From Lama glama (Eukaryota): a DNA stretch of 64,000 bases. The notes under the pieces were generated by a model. The model had not been told where the DNA came from, searched no databases, and saw only the letters and a program-made list of their open reading frames with translations. Numbering within the stretch: the stretch's first letter is position 1; each line of letters starts with the position of its first letter. Position numbers and translations under genes: made by a program. Of this stretch, positions 37,814 to 51,700 are shown piece after piece. The stretch lies in the NCBI GenBank assembly GCA_028534125.1, contig CM052817.1, forward strand, positions 48,982,001 to 49,046,000. Reading direction: 5' to 3'.

Positions 37814-38413
37814 ATTTAAGTTTTCCTGTCTTTATTATAATTTTTAAAACCTAATTGACCTATTTACTGTTGACTTAAAGTTATTATTTGTGTTAAGAAT
37901 TATCGTGGAAGAATTAAAATTGAATACAATGGTTCAAATTGAACAATAAAGGAGATCAAAAATGGGAGAAAAAGATAGGGTGACCATATGCTGTGTATGT
38001 TCTCAAAAGTCTTGGTTTATATTTATTATCTCAGCTAAACTATTACACCTGTGCCTTTCACTCTCAGAAGTATTGGATATTAAATTTTATGGTCATCCTT
38101 GGGGAAAAAAAGCATCAAATGTGAAATCTGAATCACAGCTCCACAACCTACACAGAAGCAGTTGAGTGGTTCTTTGTAAGTTAGTCTCCCACATCTATAA
38201 AATGGTTAACTTCAGGGGTTTTACTGAAGTTTTAATGTGAATTGTGCACTGCACAGTGCATAATATATGTTCTCGGTTGCTCCACTTTACTGACTTCATC
38301 AGAGTAGCAAGAGCCAGTATCACCATCAGAAAGAGCTGTGCTATGTGGTTTGAGCCATCAGTGCCCGAGAGAGTAGACTTATGTGAAACTCTGATATCCA
38401 TTGTCTCTGTCTG

Positions 38414-38850
38414 TGTTACGGCAACGTGGTACAGCATAGTGTTCCAGCAGAGTGTTACAGCAACCTGGATCCTGACAAGAGAGACCAAGCAACACCCAGA
38501 GGGTTGGAGAACTCAGGTTTATTACGCTGGCAGGCCCAGAGGAGTTAACACTCCAAGCTCTGGACCCCGCCTGTAGTTTTACACATGCTTTTATAGATTA
38601 CTAATCAAGATTTTGCAACATTTTGCAACATCATATGCAGAGTAGGTGTAACAAGTGGACCAATCAGGAGTGAGCTTTGGGAACCAATAGAATCTTAGGG
38701 GTAAGTTCCATTCTCCTAGAAGCAAGCCGTTTTACAGAAGCACAAAAACAAGATAATGCTGCTGGGCCGGGGAACTGGATGGCACTGGCAGGAAAGTACT
38801 GGCCCTGCCTGTGGGTCCTGCTGGTCGTTTCATGAGGCTCCCCACTTCAT
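38414..38850 (-). mobile_element. Probable ERV solo LTR
   Basis: Starts tgttac; minus-strand AATAAA at 38518-38523 and TATAAAA at 38589-38595; CCAAT at 38660 and 38684; GC-richer than its flanks. Confidence 0.6.
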
Positions 38851-39699
38851 GTGGAGTGGTTGCTTCATTGCGATGAATTGTTTGTCTACCAACTCTTAGA
38901 TTTGTGTATTCAATTTCTTCCTCTTGAGTTGTTTACACAACGACTAGTTTCTAGCTGTAATTTCATCTTTCCTGCACCCTCAGTGTTTTCCTCACCTCAG
39001 GATCAAGTGCAAGCCCATATTTAGTCTACAATATCTCACATCTTTAAAGAAAATATTTCATCCTTAACAATTCTTCAGGTTACTCTATAGCAATTATCAT
39101 AAAAGAAGTATCCAAACCGCTGTTTCCTTTATTTCACATTATTCTCTCATCAACCTGTTCCCATTGAGATTTTATCCCTATGGATACCACTTGTTTTTCA
39201 AGGTTACCAAACGACTTTCATCTTACTAATCTGTGTTTGTTTTACCAAACCTCTCAATGTTATTTGGTAGAGTTGATCGTTCCTTCTGTTTTGAAATATC
39301 ATACTTCCCATTTGAAATCTTAAACCTGGTAAACTCCTGGTTTCTTTCTTAACTCATTAAACACTTCTTTACAGTCTCCCTTCTGGCATTTTCTCCTTCT
39401 CCAAACTCTGAAAGGTTGGAGTACCTTAGGGGTTAGCCTTACTCTGATTACTGTTGTTCAATTGCATGGCTTTAAGTTCATTCATAGGCTCAGATCTTCC
39501 ATATGTCTATCTCCAAACTTATTCCTTTCCTGAACTCCAAACTCATGCACTCAACTGCATTCTTGGCTTCCACATCTGAGTATCTGATTAATATCTGAAA
39601 ACTGACATGGCCAAACATAACTTTTTGACTGAATCTAGCCCTCAATTTGCTCAAAATTTAATTAGTCATAGTTCAATAACAAAAACAACTGATATAATA

Positions 39700-40370
39700 G
39701 TATGTAGGAAATAGACTTAAATAGGCACTTCACCGAAAGAGGTTATCTTAGTGATCAATAGACATGAAAAGGTAATTGACATCATTAGTCCTCAGAAAAA
39801 TGAAAATTAAAGATACTGAGTATCATGACACAACCACAAGAATGACTAAAAGGAAAAGAACCAGTAATACTAAATTTTTGCAAGAACAAGCAAATAAAAG
39901 GAATGCTAAGCAATGCTAATATAGATGCAAACTGGTTCAAGCAATATGGAAACCTCTGTTAGTCTTTGTCAAAGGCAAACATCTGCTTATCTTATGACTA
40001 GCAGTTCCACTCTTAGGTATATAACAAAAAGAAATATATATATGCTCTATAAACATGTACCTAATGTTCTCAGCAACATTATTACTAATATCTCAAACTG
40101 AAATCAACATAAATATGAATTAACAGTATCTTGTAAAAATAAGTTGTGGTATACAATGGAACAAAATATTATGTTATAATTAACATGAATGAGTTGCTGT
40201 CACACCAAATAACATGGGTTTTATTTTTATATGAAAAACATTGAATGACAGTAGTTAGACACAAAATATAATGGAATACACAACCCTACACACAGAATTT
40301 ATTAGAATCTCTGTACTATTATTTTCTGGTGAGATAAGCTAGACTACTGGTTATCTGAGGGAATGTGAGA
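39700..40370 (+). mobile_element. Old L1 (L1ME-like) 3' fragment
   Basis: aataggcacttcacc, ttatgactagcagttccactcttaggtatata, gttgtggtatacaatgga. Confidence 0.65.
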
Positions 40371-41049
40371 AAATGCTCTCATGTCCTAGTGATATTCTTC
40401 TCCCTAGCCTGGAAGATGAGTACTCTGTGATCATTCATTCCTATTGTGCACTCAGTATATTGCCTACCTTCTTACTTTTCCTTATGGTTGGGGCCTCACT
40501 AATGCAGAATTACCTCTTTGCTTCTGGACTTGAACGTAATTACCTACTAAGGCATAGAACCTGGCTTCCTTAGACACTGTGGAATAGTTAGTTAATGCTA
40601 CTATGAAATTCATAGTTTTAGCCCCACTGGGGTGAAATTTTTAAAATGTGATGCACGAGATGAAGGAGAACTTGCAGCTAATTTCTCTCTTCTTTCTTTC
40701 TCTGTATATTATTCAGAGGCTCAATTCTTCTGAAGCTAGAGGTAATTAAACAATAATCACCTACGTATTGAAATAAGCAATTCTGTATTTTGCCCTGATA
40801 CATTCATGTATCAAAAACAAGATATGAAATGAAGCATATGGAGAAATAAATGTACATAAGGAAAACTTCTAATTATAGGAAATAACAAACTTTCTTAGGT
40901 TTGGAACCATGGGATTCCTGACAGAATAGAATCAAATTTCTGGGTGTCATGGTTCTATGCTGGTGGATCTTTCACTGCTTATGGCCATAAAGCTTATATT
41001 TTGGGGAAAAAAAATCCAAGATTGAGTTTTTGAATTATAAAATAAATGC

Positions 41050-41402
41050 TTTAGTTCAGGCTTCCATAACAAAATACTACAGATCAAATGGCTTAAACTA
41101 CAAATATTTCTTTCTCAAGTTCTGAAGGCTGGGAGTCCAAGATCAAGGTGCCAGCAAATCCTGTGTCTGGTGAAGGCTCTCTTCCTGGCTTGCAGACAGC
41201 TGCCTTTTACTGTACCCTCACATGGCAGAGAGAAAGATCATCTCTTCTATATTTTCTTATAGAGGCATTCCTTTCACTCATACAGGTGCCTCTCTGATGA
41301 ACTAACTGCCTCCAAAGACCCCACCTCCACATGTCATCACACTGGGGATTAGGGATCCAGCATCTGAATTGGGGGATGGGCACAAATATTTAATCTATAG
41401 CA
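41050..41402 (-). mobile_element. MaLR LTR (MLT1A-like)
   Basis: ccataacaaaatac...aggctgggagtccaagatcaaggtgccagc...catcacactggggattaggg. Confidence 0.85.
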
Positions 41403-42099
41403 ATTAAAATTACATGCCTTTACAAGGTCTTCAAAATTTAGGATAGTAGAATTTTAATTATTGAAAGTGAAATATATCAGAAAATGCAGAAAATTTAGAG
41501 AACCCCCTGCTGCTCCTGAATGTCTGACTGTGTCTCTTTTTCATGATAAAATCATGATTTCTTTGTTTACTGTAGCTAATCATTGCCTTAATGTCCCAGT
41601 TCTCACTTTTGTTTCACTATAACCAGGAGTCAACCTTGATATGGATTGGAAGTAGGAATAAAAAAAACCTAGAAAGTTTTTGACTTAATGCATAGCACAT
41701 AGCATAGTACATAGACTAGTATCTTAGAGGCTGGATCTGGCTGACAAAGAGAAAGGGACTGTGTATTTTGTATTTAAGAAACCCCGTGAAACTAGACCAT
41801 GTTAAAAAATCGAGAGTTCTTACACACAAGTCCATCCACATATCTAGTTTCTCCTATGAATCCTAATATTTGGTCACACCTGACCTATGTGTTCCTGCTT
41901 GGCAGCTATGGATTAGAAGGCGCAGCAGAAGTCGAATGCACACATTCTTCAACTCACTGTCAGCATCGTTGCTTTTCACAACTATCTATTTTCACTCACT
42001 TCTGTTATTTGTCAAGCTCTAGAAGGCAGTTTGGTAACCATAATCAAAACAGAAACATTTAAACATCTGTAAATATGTTTAGTTCTAATGGCCCATCAC

Positions 42100-44760
42100 T
42101 TCCCTATACCTATAACAAAGCATAAATGACTCTCCTTTAAACTTTTCCATGAAGAGTAAACTATTATAAAAGTCTTTTCTGCCTAACTACAGTTGACTGA
42201 GAATTCTAGTGATGTGCAAAGTAATTGAAATTGCCTTTCTGACCTCAGGGGAAATAGAAGGAGACTCGTGTCACCAAACCAAGGCTTAATTGGTAAACTC
42301 CCGGAGCAAGGTGATAGTTAAAACTTTCAGAGATAAACAATGAAAAGGGTAATTATTGCATTGGAAACGGTCAAACCAAAGGTGATCTCTGTGTGAGGCT
42401 AATTATTATATCCATAGAAAAGTTTAATAGCCAGATAATTTTTGATATATGAATAAAAAATGTTTTGGTGATGAGAACATGTCTACCGAGGAGAATTCTG
42501 GCTCAAGCTACCAACAGAAAGAATGATGATTCACCCCACCTGCAATTTATGAATAAGAATCAGTCTATTGGTCTACATCCCTTGAAGCGAAAGTCAAAAT
42601 TCCATAGGAAAGATCATGCTATAGCATCATATTTCCAACCCTGGTACTTGCCTTCAGACTGTGAGTTTTGGGCATTTACTTGGATAAAGGGAGCTATCTG
42701 ATCTTACAGATTCTGGGATCCATGCTGTCTCACCACTCATTACTTGGAATGGAGAATATCCGGAAAATCTGCTGTTCATGTATAGATTTCTTTGAGTCAA
42801 GTAATAATTGGTGTTGCCTCCAGAGTTCACCCCCTTTCCAGCCTAGTGATAGTCTAAACCATTTATTGGAAGTCTTCAGTTCAGAGAGAATGGTTTAAAT
42901 GGATACACTTAGAAACTGGTTTAATCTCCATATTACCTCCCTGATGTATGGAGGAAGGAGGTCAAAAAACACTGACAAGAAACTCTTTTTGTGTCTCCTT
43001 TTATAATAAAATAATAATTTAGCCTCTCTGGGGAAACTACAGCAACTATTAAAGACTAAAAGCTAGTGAGTTATATCATTATTCTATTTTCCCACTTGGT
43101 CTTTGCAATATCTTCTTGGAGACTAACGATAGATTATTGCAAATCTACAGAGGTGGTGACACCTATTACAGGTGATATTTTAAATGTGGTACATATGAGA
43201 TAAATTCCTGATACTTATTTTATAGCTAATATGTACATTTTTCTCCATTCTAACTTAAAAACTAAAGAAAAGGGGAGAAAATACCAGAAAGAGTTTGCTT
43301 TCATCTTAAAAACAGAGGCTTCTGTCTAACGTGACAGTTCTAAGGACAAGTCTACTCTGGTCGTGCACCACAGTTTAGTCTGAAGGACTCATTGTGCTAC
43401 GTTCATCATGTAATCATTAAATTGGTGGTGATAACTTTACTCCTGTAGGATTCATAACACACAAAGTAGTGTTGTGTTGGTTCTTTGGGACCTGACATGA
43501 TGACAGGAGCTGGGAGACACATTTTATGAGGACGTAGGGATCTGCACCTTGCATTAATTTCCTATAGGCCCAGAAGTTGAGTATGTAAACAAACATTCTG
43601 TAGATTNNNNNNNNNNNNNNNNNNNNNNNNNNNNNNNNNNNNNNNNNNNNNNNNNNNNNNNNNNNNNNNNNNNNNNNNNNNNNNNNNNNNNNNNNNNNNN
43701 NNNNNNNNNNNNNNNNNNNNNNNNNNNNNNNNNNNNNNNNNNNNNNNNNNNNNNNNNNNNNNNNNNNNNNNNNNNNNNNNNNNNNNNNNNNNNNNNNNNN
43801 NNNNNNNNNNNNNNNNNNNNNNNNNNNNNNNNNNNNNNNNNNNNNNNNNNNNNNNNNNNNNNNNNNNNNNNNNNNNNNNNNNNNNNNNNNNNNNNNNNNN
43901 NNNNNNNNNNNNNNNNNNNNNNNNNNNNNNNNNNNNNNNNNNNNNNNNNNNNNNNNNNNNNNNNNNNNNNNNNNNNNNNNNNNNNNNNNNNNNNNNNNNN
44001 NNNNNNNNNNNNNNNNNNNNNNNNNNNNNNNNNNNNNNNNNNNNNNNNNNNNNNNNNNNNNNNNNNNNNNNNNNNNNNNNNNNNNNNNNNNNNNNNNNNN
44101 NNNNNNAATAACAAGTTGTTTTACCTTGTACTTCTTAATACTGAGAGAAGGCAGGAGACCCAATGCTAAATCGCTTTTTAAAATTTTTCAAAGCAAAAAA
44201 ATACATTTGAGTGTTAATATAATCAGTAAGAAAAGAACAGCTGATGGCTATCTAGATGCTTGAAGCTGTGGCACAATAGACCTTGTCACCTGTATTTTGT
44301 GACCTGGTGGATACAAGGTTCTTAGAGTCATGACAGGTTGGGTGGGTTGGGAGGCCTGAAATCAACCCTGAGAAGTAAATTTCACCTGGGGTGTTGAGGA
44401 TATCAGAGTAAGCAACTATCGTCATTAAGAGAAATAACTCCTCATTGGAGTTCTGGAGGACACTGAACAGACCATCATGAATACTATGTTCCCATGTGTC
44501 CTGAGTTAATTCTTTCAGTGAATATCATCTAATCTACCTAGTTATAAACTCAAGTATAATTCAATGGATTGGACCCAAACAGATCCTAAGGGTATAAGTA
44601 AACAGTGTAACCAGGTTGTTCAAATTCCCAGTGCATTTATAATTGCCACACTGCTGTTCCTCTCTGTTCCCACACCTATGTTCTCTTGGAAAATATTCTA
44701 TAAACAGTTGACTTCAAATTAAAGATCTTGGACCCAGTTTACAATCTACCAGCAGCAGCC
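42100..44760 (+). mobile_element. Degenerate ERV-L internal (pol-like) relic spanning the assembly gap
   Basis: gattattgcaaa..ggtggtgacacctatt resembles the ERVL RT segment DYRKLNQVVTPI; tttctccattc..gagtttgctttc also fits; many stops; boundaries uncertain. Confidence 0.5.
43607..44106. other. Assembly gap (500 N)
   Basis: Run of N. Confidence 1.
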
Positions 44761-44906
44761 TGAAGTGAACATTTAAACATTTTTTCATTAAAGTATGATT
44801 GAAAGTGTTATAAAAATGTAGTGAAAACAAAATGTTACATATATATAAAAACTCAACAGGGCTGTGAAAACTCCACTGAATGGAATAATGACAAAAAATA
44901 GGGATT

Positions 44907-45292
44907 GTGCCTTAAAATGTAATTTATTGAAAAGAAGAAAGAAAAAAAACTCAGTTACTGCCCACAATTTTTTGAAATGATGGCAGTTACAGGAGAAGCA
45001 ATTCAAAGGCTTTTTAAGCAAGATTTCCATATAGAAATTTGATAAAGACTTTAATACCCTCTATTTGGTGGCCTTCATACTGGCATGATACAACTGGGAT
45101 AAACTTTTAAGACAACTTTTCTTAAGGAAAAGAATGATATACTATTTAATATACAGTAGAGAACTCAAGAGGAAAGATTGCCTTCAATTTGGGATTGTCC
45201 TATTCTAAGATAACAGTCAAAGCCTTTGGATGGAAAGGTTTTACATGATAGACGTAGAGGAGAAATTTAGAGTATGGAATTTTCAGTCACAT
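44907..45292 (-). other. CSN1S1: CSN1S1 terminal 3'UTR exon 21
   Basis: Acceptor ttctttttctatttgcag|atgtgactgaaaattcc; minus-strand AATAAA at 44923-44928. Confidence 0.85.
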
Positions 45293-45616
45293 CTGCAAAT
45301 AGAAAAAGAAATATGTGGTTAGTTTATTCCATTTTGAAGGGAAGAGACACTGTTATGACATGATACATTTGAATAGTCATTTTCTTTTCATCTTACAATG
45401 CAGCTCACAAAGGTATCTGTGCTTTCCTGTTACTGACAGGCACATTCATTGCTCCTGAATTTTAAGTCTTAGAATTTAATACTAGATAGTATTTTGTTTT
45501 GCAGTAATGTAAAATACTGCAAGGCAATTTAAAGAAAAAGTTTCCACATATATCAGTTTGTCATTTTCCTTAATTTGATCTGTTGGAAAAGAAGTTTTCA
45601 CCATTGGAAAGGGAAA

Positions 45617-45663
45617 ACACACACACACGCACGCACACACGCACGCACGCATACATATACACA
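45617..45663. repeat. (CA)/(CG) mixed microsatellite
   Basis: Seen directly. Confidence 0.9.
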
Positions 45664-46182
45664 CAATTAGAAAATCCAATATAGTGGATGAAGGTAACTT
45701 AAACAAATCTGTAGACATTTAAGTCTGTTTTCTTGCTGACAAAAAAAAAAAACACTCTGTTTTATTACGTAACTTGCAGAGGGTTTCCATTGCTGTGACC
45801 ACAACGAACAGAATCTCACTGCTGGGTTCACCAGAGTCTCAAAGTCACATTTTGAAGGAAAATTAGTAACATCCACACTTCCATATTTGTATAGGAGTTT
45901 CAGTATAATAAATTGCATTAATTAGCATTAGCTAATTTTAATTGTTATTTAAATATAATACGATTATGCTACAAAATTTTGCAAATATCCAAGCCAATTT
46001 AATTATTATCTAAGTGCTAATGTGTCCACAAATAGCTAGACCATAGGGGAAAAAAACTTTATAGTGCAGTCATATATCTTTGTACTGAGTCCTCACATGA
46101 AAAGAGAATCAATGGTTAGACAAGTGATTTCCAACTTACCAAAGGCCGTAATTGTGGAGTTCCTGAGAATTCACTTAACTCT

Positions 46183-48692
46183 TCTGAAGGAAAAAAAAAC
46201 TGTTAAAATCACATGACGTAGGTAATCAGCAATAAAATTTTACTAAATTTATTTTCCCAGCACTGTGCTTAACAAAGATTATTATATTTAATCACCTTCA
46301 AAGTTATAAAAATAAGCATTACTATATTATTTCAAGTAAACTTAAAAGGTCAAGATTTGAATTTAAGACTATTGGATGCCAAAATCTGTGCTTTATTCCT
46401 CATGCTCTAGTCTAATGTGTATCATGGGTAGAACCAAAAGAAAGACATTTAAAGATTAGTAAAAGTGAAAGGCAGATAAAGTTGAATTATTGTATTTTCA
46501 CTTAGGAGAGAAGTGTTTTTCTCTCCCCTGCCATCATCAGAATGAATTTCACCTATAGAATATATAGCACTTCCATGTGTTTCCTAGTAATGAATTAGCC
46601 ATAGGTACCAGAAATTATTACCAATTTTCCATTTCAGAAAACTCTAGCATGAAGCACTAAGTGTTGGTTTGTCATGTTTATTCTAATCTGTTTTTATGGT
46701 ATGCTCTGTAAGCAATTTTCTTTTATTTCCTTTGATAGAACAGCAATATGCAGCGATTTAAATGAACTTACCACCACCACTGTGGCATAACGTCGGTTTT
46801 TCCACCGTCCTCAGAGGCAATGCCTTCAGGGGTGTCGTAGGATGAGGGGTGAGCAATATATTGCATGACTTGTGGAGGATAATACCAAGCAACATAGGGA
46901 GAGGCACCAAGCTGGAAGAATTGTTGGAAAGGCTAGAGAGAAAGACCATTGAAAAAGCAACAGTGGATGAGAAACTGCTGTTTTGAATTGCTGAAAATGA
47001 ATCACTCCATTCATTTCCAACATGGCCAGTGGCATCACAAGAGTTATTGACTCTGAGGAAAAAGGAGAAATCAAACTCTTCCCTTTGGTGGATCATGGTG
47101 AAGGAACTTTTGGAAAGGGCTTTTTTTAGGGTATCAGAATAAATCATTTCTTTGAGGTCAATAGTCAGTATTGAATTCCAAGATCCTGCATTACTAACAG
47201 GGGTTCAATCCCCTGACTGCAGAGGAAAGTAGTTGTGTGAATTTAATTATTATATAATGTATAAACTCATGGGTATTAGGACTAGAAAGGATAAATTTTG
47301 CAATTTAATTCTACAGTTTAATTTTTCATGGTGATACTGAGCTCAAAGGAAGGGAAGGAAGGACCTCCCACCCAAGGGTCAATACAGCTGGCTTTCAGAA
47401 ATGCCAGGAATAAAGAGAAAATAATTCACCAATTCCTAGCCCAGTGCTCCTTCCTAATCATACAGTTTTGTTAACAAAGCATTATTTTCCTTTCTGAAAT
47501 TTTGGAACAGCTGCCACTATTAATCTATTATATTTTACTTGTTTCTATGAATTCAAGTAATTCTCTATACAGGTAAGTGGAAGTTATGTGTTCTTTGATG
47601 GAATTAGAAAAAAATGAAAGCATTTCATGTAAATATTATAATAAATATGGTATTTGGGATTTTCTCTTTATTAAGTCATTTAGATACAAAAATTAAATAT
47701 AATAAAGTCAATTTACCTCAAGGTGGAAGTACGCCTGTTCCTTAACAGAGAAGAAAAAATAGTTTCAATTTAAATCCCATCAAATACCATGATAGACTAA
47801 ATTATTACTACCAAATACTTTCTTTAAGATTATAATTATCATTCTTGCTGTTTTTTTTAATTACACGGAAAAGTCTTGCTAATGTACTCTTTGGAGCTCA
47901 AATGAAGAGAGTAATTGCTTTTTTTTTTTCTTCTTTTTCCTTTGGTCAAGCAGTAATTAGAGAATCTCAGAAGAAATTGAGAGTAAAATCTGATGCACAG
48001 TGAGGAATCATTATCATAAAACTGATTGATGACTACGATGTTTTAAATCTTGAGGAAAGGTTTTTTTTTCTCCCTAGTCACATAATTATAAAGAAAATTC
48101 TATGGTTTTCTTTACTTACTTTTCTAAAAAATTAGCATGGCATATATATGTTGAATTATCAATAGACCAAAGCAACTGAGCTGAATGCACAGTTAACTAC
48201 AGCTAAAAAGTGAAGACACAAGAGAAGAACACTGCAAAAATCAGGATATAGGAGTTTAAGGAGGAGATAAATTGATAGTTCCATATTAATTTCACAAATG
48301 AAAAAGCAATGCTCAAAGAGAACAACACAATTTGCTCAAGGTCATATGATTAGAAGGTGTTAGATCTCAGACTGAAAACTCAAGTTATTTTCACTACAAT
48401 ACTATATTAATAAAAGGTCTAATTTTAACACATAAATAAGCTGGTTGAGAATGTCCTGACTTAAAATTTGACCAGAAGCTCAGTTCACTCAGGGATGGCC
48501 ATAGAATCATTCTTTCAGAGGAATTTGGCAAGTTGGATCTGATCTTTCATAGCAATGTTAGAACTAGCACTGGAGAATCCAACACTAGTCAACACCTGAG
48601 AAATACTAGCACAACACTAGTTCATGATGCAACTAGTACAATCATTTCAAAAAAACAATGACTGCCAATAGATAATTTGGGGCAGTATTAAA

Positions 48693-48754
<62 letters not shown>

Positions 48755-51700
48755 ACCTGAGTCACTACTTTCACAGGCTCCCCCTGGGGAAAAAAAAAGA
48801 GAGAGAGAGAGAATCGGGTTAGTCACTCTTTAAGGCTGAATAAAATCAAAGATGGAAGAAGCAACCTATCCGAAATGCTTTTCATGTTAGAGATATGGGA
48901 ACTGACATTAATTTTGCCAATTGCATTATTTAAAGACCATTTCTTCTAAAACATATGAAACATCCTCAACAATCCTGACAAGATTCATTAAGCAGCAAGT
49001 AGAGATTGGAGGGCTCCATGATTGGAATTACCGTACATGTTGATGGGAATCAGAATTGTTATAGTAGCATATATTTCACAGTAACTGGTTATTGCCTTAA
49101 AAATGAAATCAGAAGTCCTAGAAGCACTATGGAATCAGTGGAATGTTGGGTGTAAGAATCAGTTCCTATTATGTATTATTGATAAACTTACTTCACAGAT
49201 CAGAAAACAGAGGATCAGAGAGTTTTTGACCAAGACATTTAGCATGTCTTCAGTTGGTTTCTTCACAAGCATGTCAACTAGTAAATCTCCAAAATGCTTT
49301 GCCTAAGAGGCATAATGTAACTAAGTTTGAGTTTCCTAAATTGAACTTGAGAATTAAATGATAGACATAAAGATATAAAATTAAGGAGTATGTTAAAAAG
49401 AGAAATTAACATAACCATGGAGATTAACACTTCATAGTGCTTATAACTATAAACGTACTGTTCACATTAGGGGAGACAGAACAGAATGGCTCCCATTCCA
49501 AAGAAGAGTGACAAGAGAAATCTCCTCAAAAGTGTGAGGCTATTTAAAAACAAATGTATTTAAGCTTTACAATATATTACCAACATGACATTTATTAAGC
49601 AAAATATTACCAGTTGGGGGTGGTTGTCTTCATTTATTCTGTAAAGTTGTTCCTGTATAGAAGGAAATACATTTAAATTACTTAAACATCTTCTGGTACC
49701 ACACATTCATTTTACAATGTACCCAGAGTATACCATCATTCATGAATTTAGGATAAACTGTATTCCATGCCAAAATTATGAAAAAATAGCAATACACTTT
49801 TTATTTTCTAACTTTAGAAAAGTTATTTAACTAAAGGCTATACTTAAGTATAGTTTAGAAAAGTAAAGAATTTATAAAGTCAGTACCCTGTGGGGAAATA
49901 ATAACCTGCTGGTTCCCTAAGATTACATATTTTCTGTTCATGACTATTAATTACTTATTTAAATTTTATCTTTGGTAAATTTTAAATAAAATATTACCAG
50001 ATATGGGTGGGAGGACAATTTCACTCTTGGAATAAGTTTCTGTTAAAAAAAGAAAATGGAATATACATTATAAAAACATAAGACATAAGACATGAAGAAA
50101 GTACTAAAATATTCTAGATTTAATAAATAATCTTACCTGGTCACGGATAGCTTCCTAAGAAAGAGAGAACATTTTGTTTTAGTAGACTGGTTTTATTCAC
50201 GTCTGAATAACAGACGTTCACTTGGTGCTTTCATTCACTCAAGGACTATGCTAAATCCTGGGGATCAACTACGAAATATGATGACATTCTGAGCAAAACC
50301 CACAGAGTTCTAACACTTGTGGAGTTTGCAGCCTAGTCACATCACAGCTAAGGTGCTGAAATAGATTATTCAGGTAATTTCTTAGATCAGAAATGATGAA
50401 TTCTGGTGGAGTACAGATATATTTAAATTTCCTTGGACTTTAAACACCAGCAACTTGGAAACTGAGACAAAAGTAACAATTGAGGTCCAAATTAAATTCG
50501 TCATTGACTTCTCTCTTCCTACACATAGAACAAAATGTGAAAATATAATTTTGCTAAACTAAGGCAAGCTCTTTTCCTTAAAGTCTTAATTAAGTCAAGT
50601 TTAATTGCTATAAGTAAAAGAAAAAAATTTTTTGGCCTTCCAAGTGAAAGACTATTACAGTCAAAAGGATCAAAACTAAGTAGCAAAGAAGGGTTGTGCT
50701 AATTGATACATTTTTGATCTATCCATACCATCAGTGGGTAGAGAGTTTTTGACATCATAGTTCAAATGCACATCTTGATGAAAGACCTTCATAATGTTGT
50801 CAGAAGTCTCATGGGCACAGCAAAATTTACAGAGACTGGAGAGTGGGGTTAGGAGAAGGAGGAATGAACATTTTATTGGACTCGCTACATACCAGATGAA
50901 GGGATAACTGAGTAGACGGTTGCTCATTCAGTATTCAAAATAACACCAGGATGTGAGAATAATTATATTTCCATTTCATACGTAAGGACACAAGTTCCGA
51001 GATAAGATTAATCAACTCTCTGATTCTTTCTTAGAGAATTTTGACAAAAGCAATTTGAATGTCTAGGACTCCTGATTCTTTTTCCAGACTCTACAGTTTC
51101 CTTAAATGGAAAGTTTATTTGGCATATCTGTGCTTTCATGAATAAGCATTTTTATGGGATCGCCATCCAGTAGTGAATTTGGGAAAATAAAGACAGGACA
51201 GGATAAATTCCTGAATATAATATATCATCTGGGAGGCTCTAAGAGGATTTGATGTAGAATTTAGTTACAGTAAACTTCCCTCTGGATAGTAATTATGGAT
51301 GTGATACAGCACATTAGTCTCGGCATAAATAGAAAGAAATAGTTGTGACAGTAAGTGCATAGAGAAGCATATGGAGCATTCGTCAATTATTATTCATGAT
51401 CAAGGCTAGAATAAATTATTTCTTGAAAAAACATATTTAAAAGCAAACCCCATTTAAAATTTAACTACTTTAATTCTGCAGAATACAATTTTGTATTATT
51501 GTAATGAAAATATTACCAGCTGGAGTAGTTTGTATTTGTTCAGTCTGTGAAGCTCTTCCTGTTCGAAAAGAAAAATATTGTCATTTGCTTGGATACCATT
51601 CAGTCCAATCCCAGCATTTTCAAGTAATAACGCTAGAATCCTAACGTGCCTTTTCTCAGGAGTAGAGAGTGAGGGGCTATTAATCTCACTTTGATGTTAT

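Noticed and set aside
43417..44163. Long ORFs of 248 and 186 aa
   Set aside because: Artefact of the 500-N gap
46758..47147. Minus-strand ORFs of 129 and 82 aa
   Set aside because: They overlap CSN1S1 exon 19 in the wrong frames and start in intron
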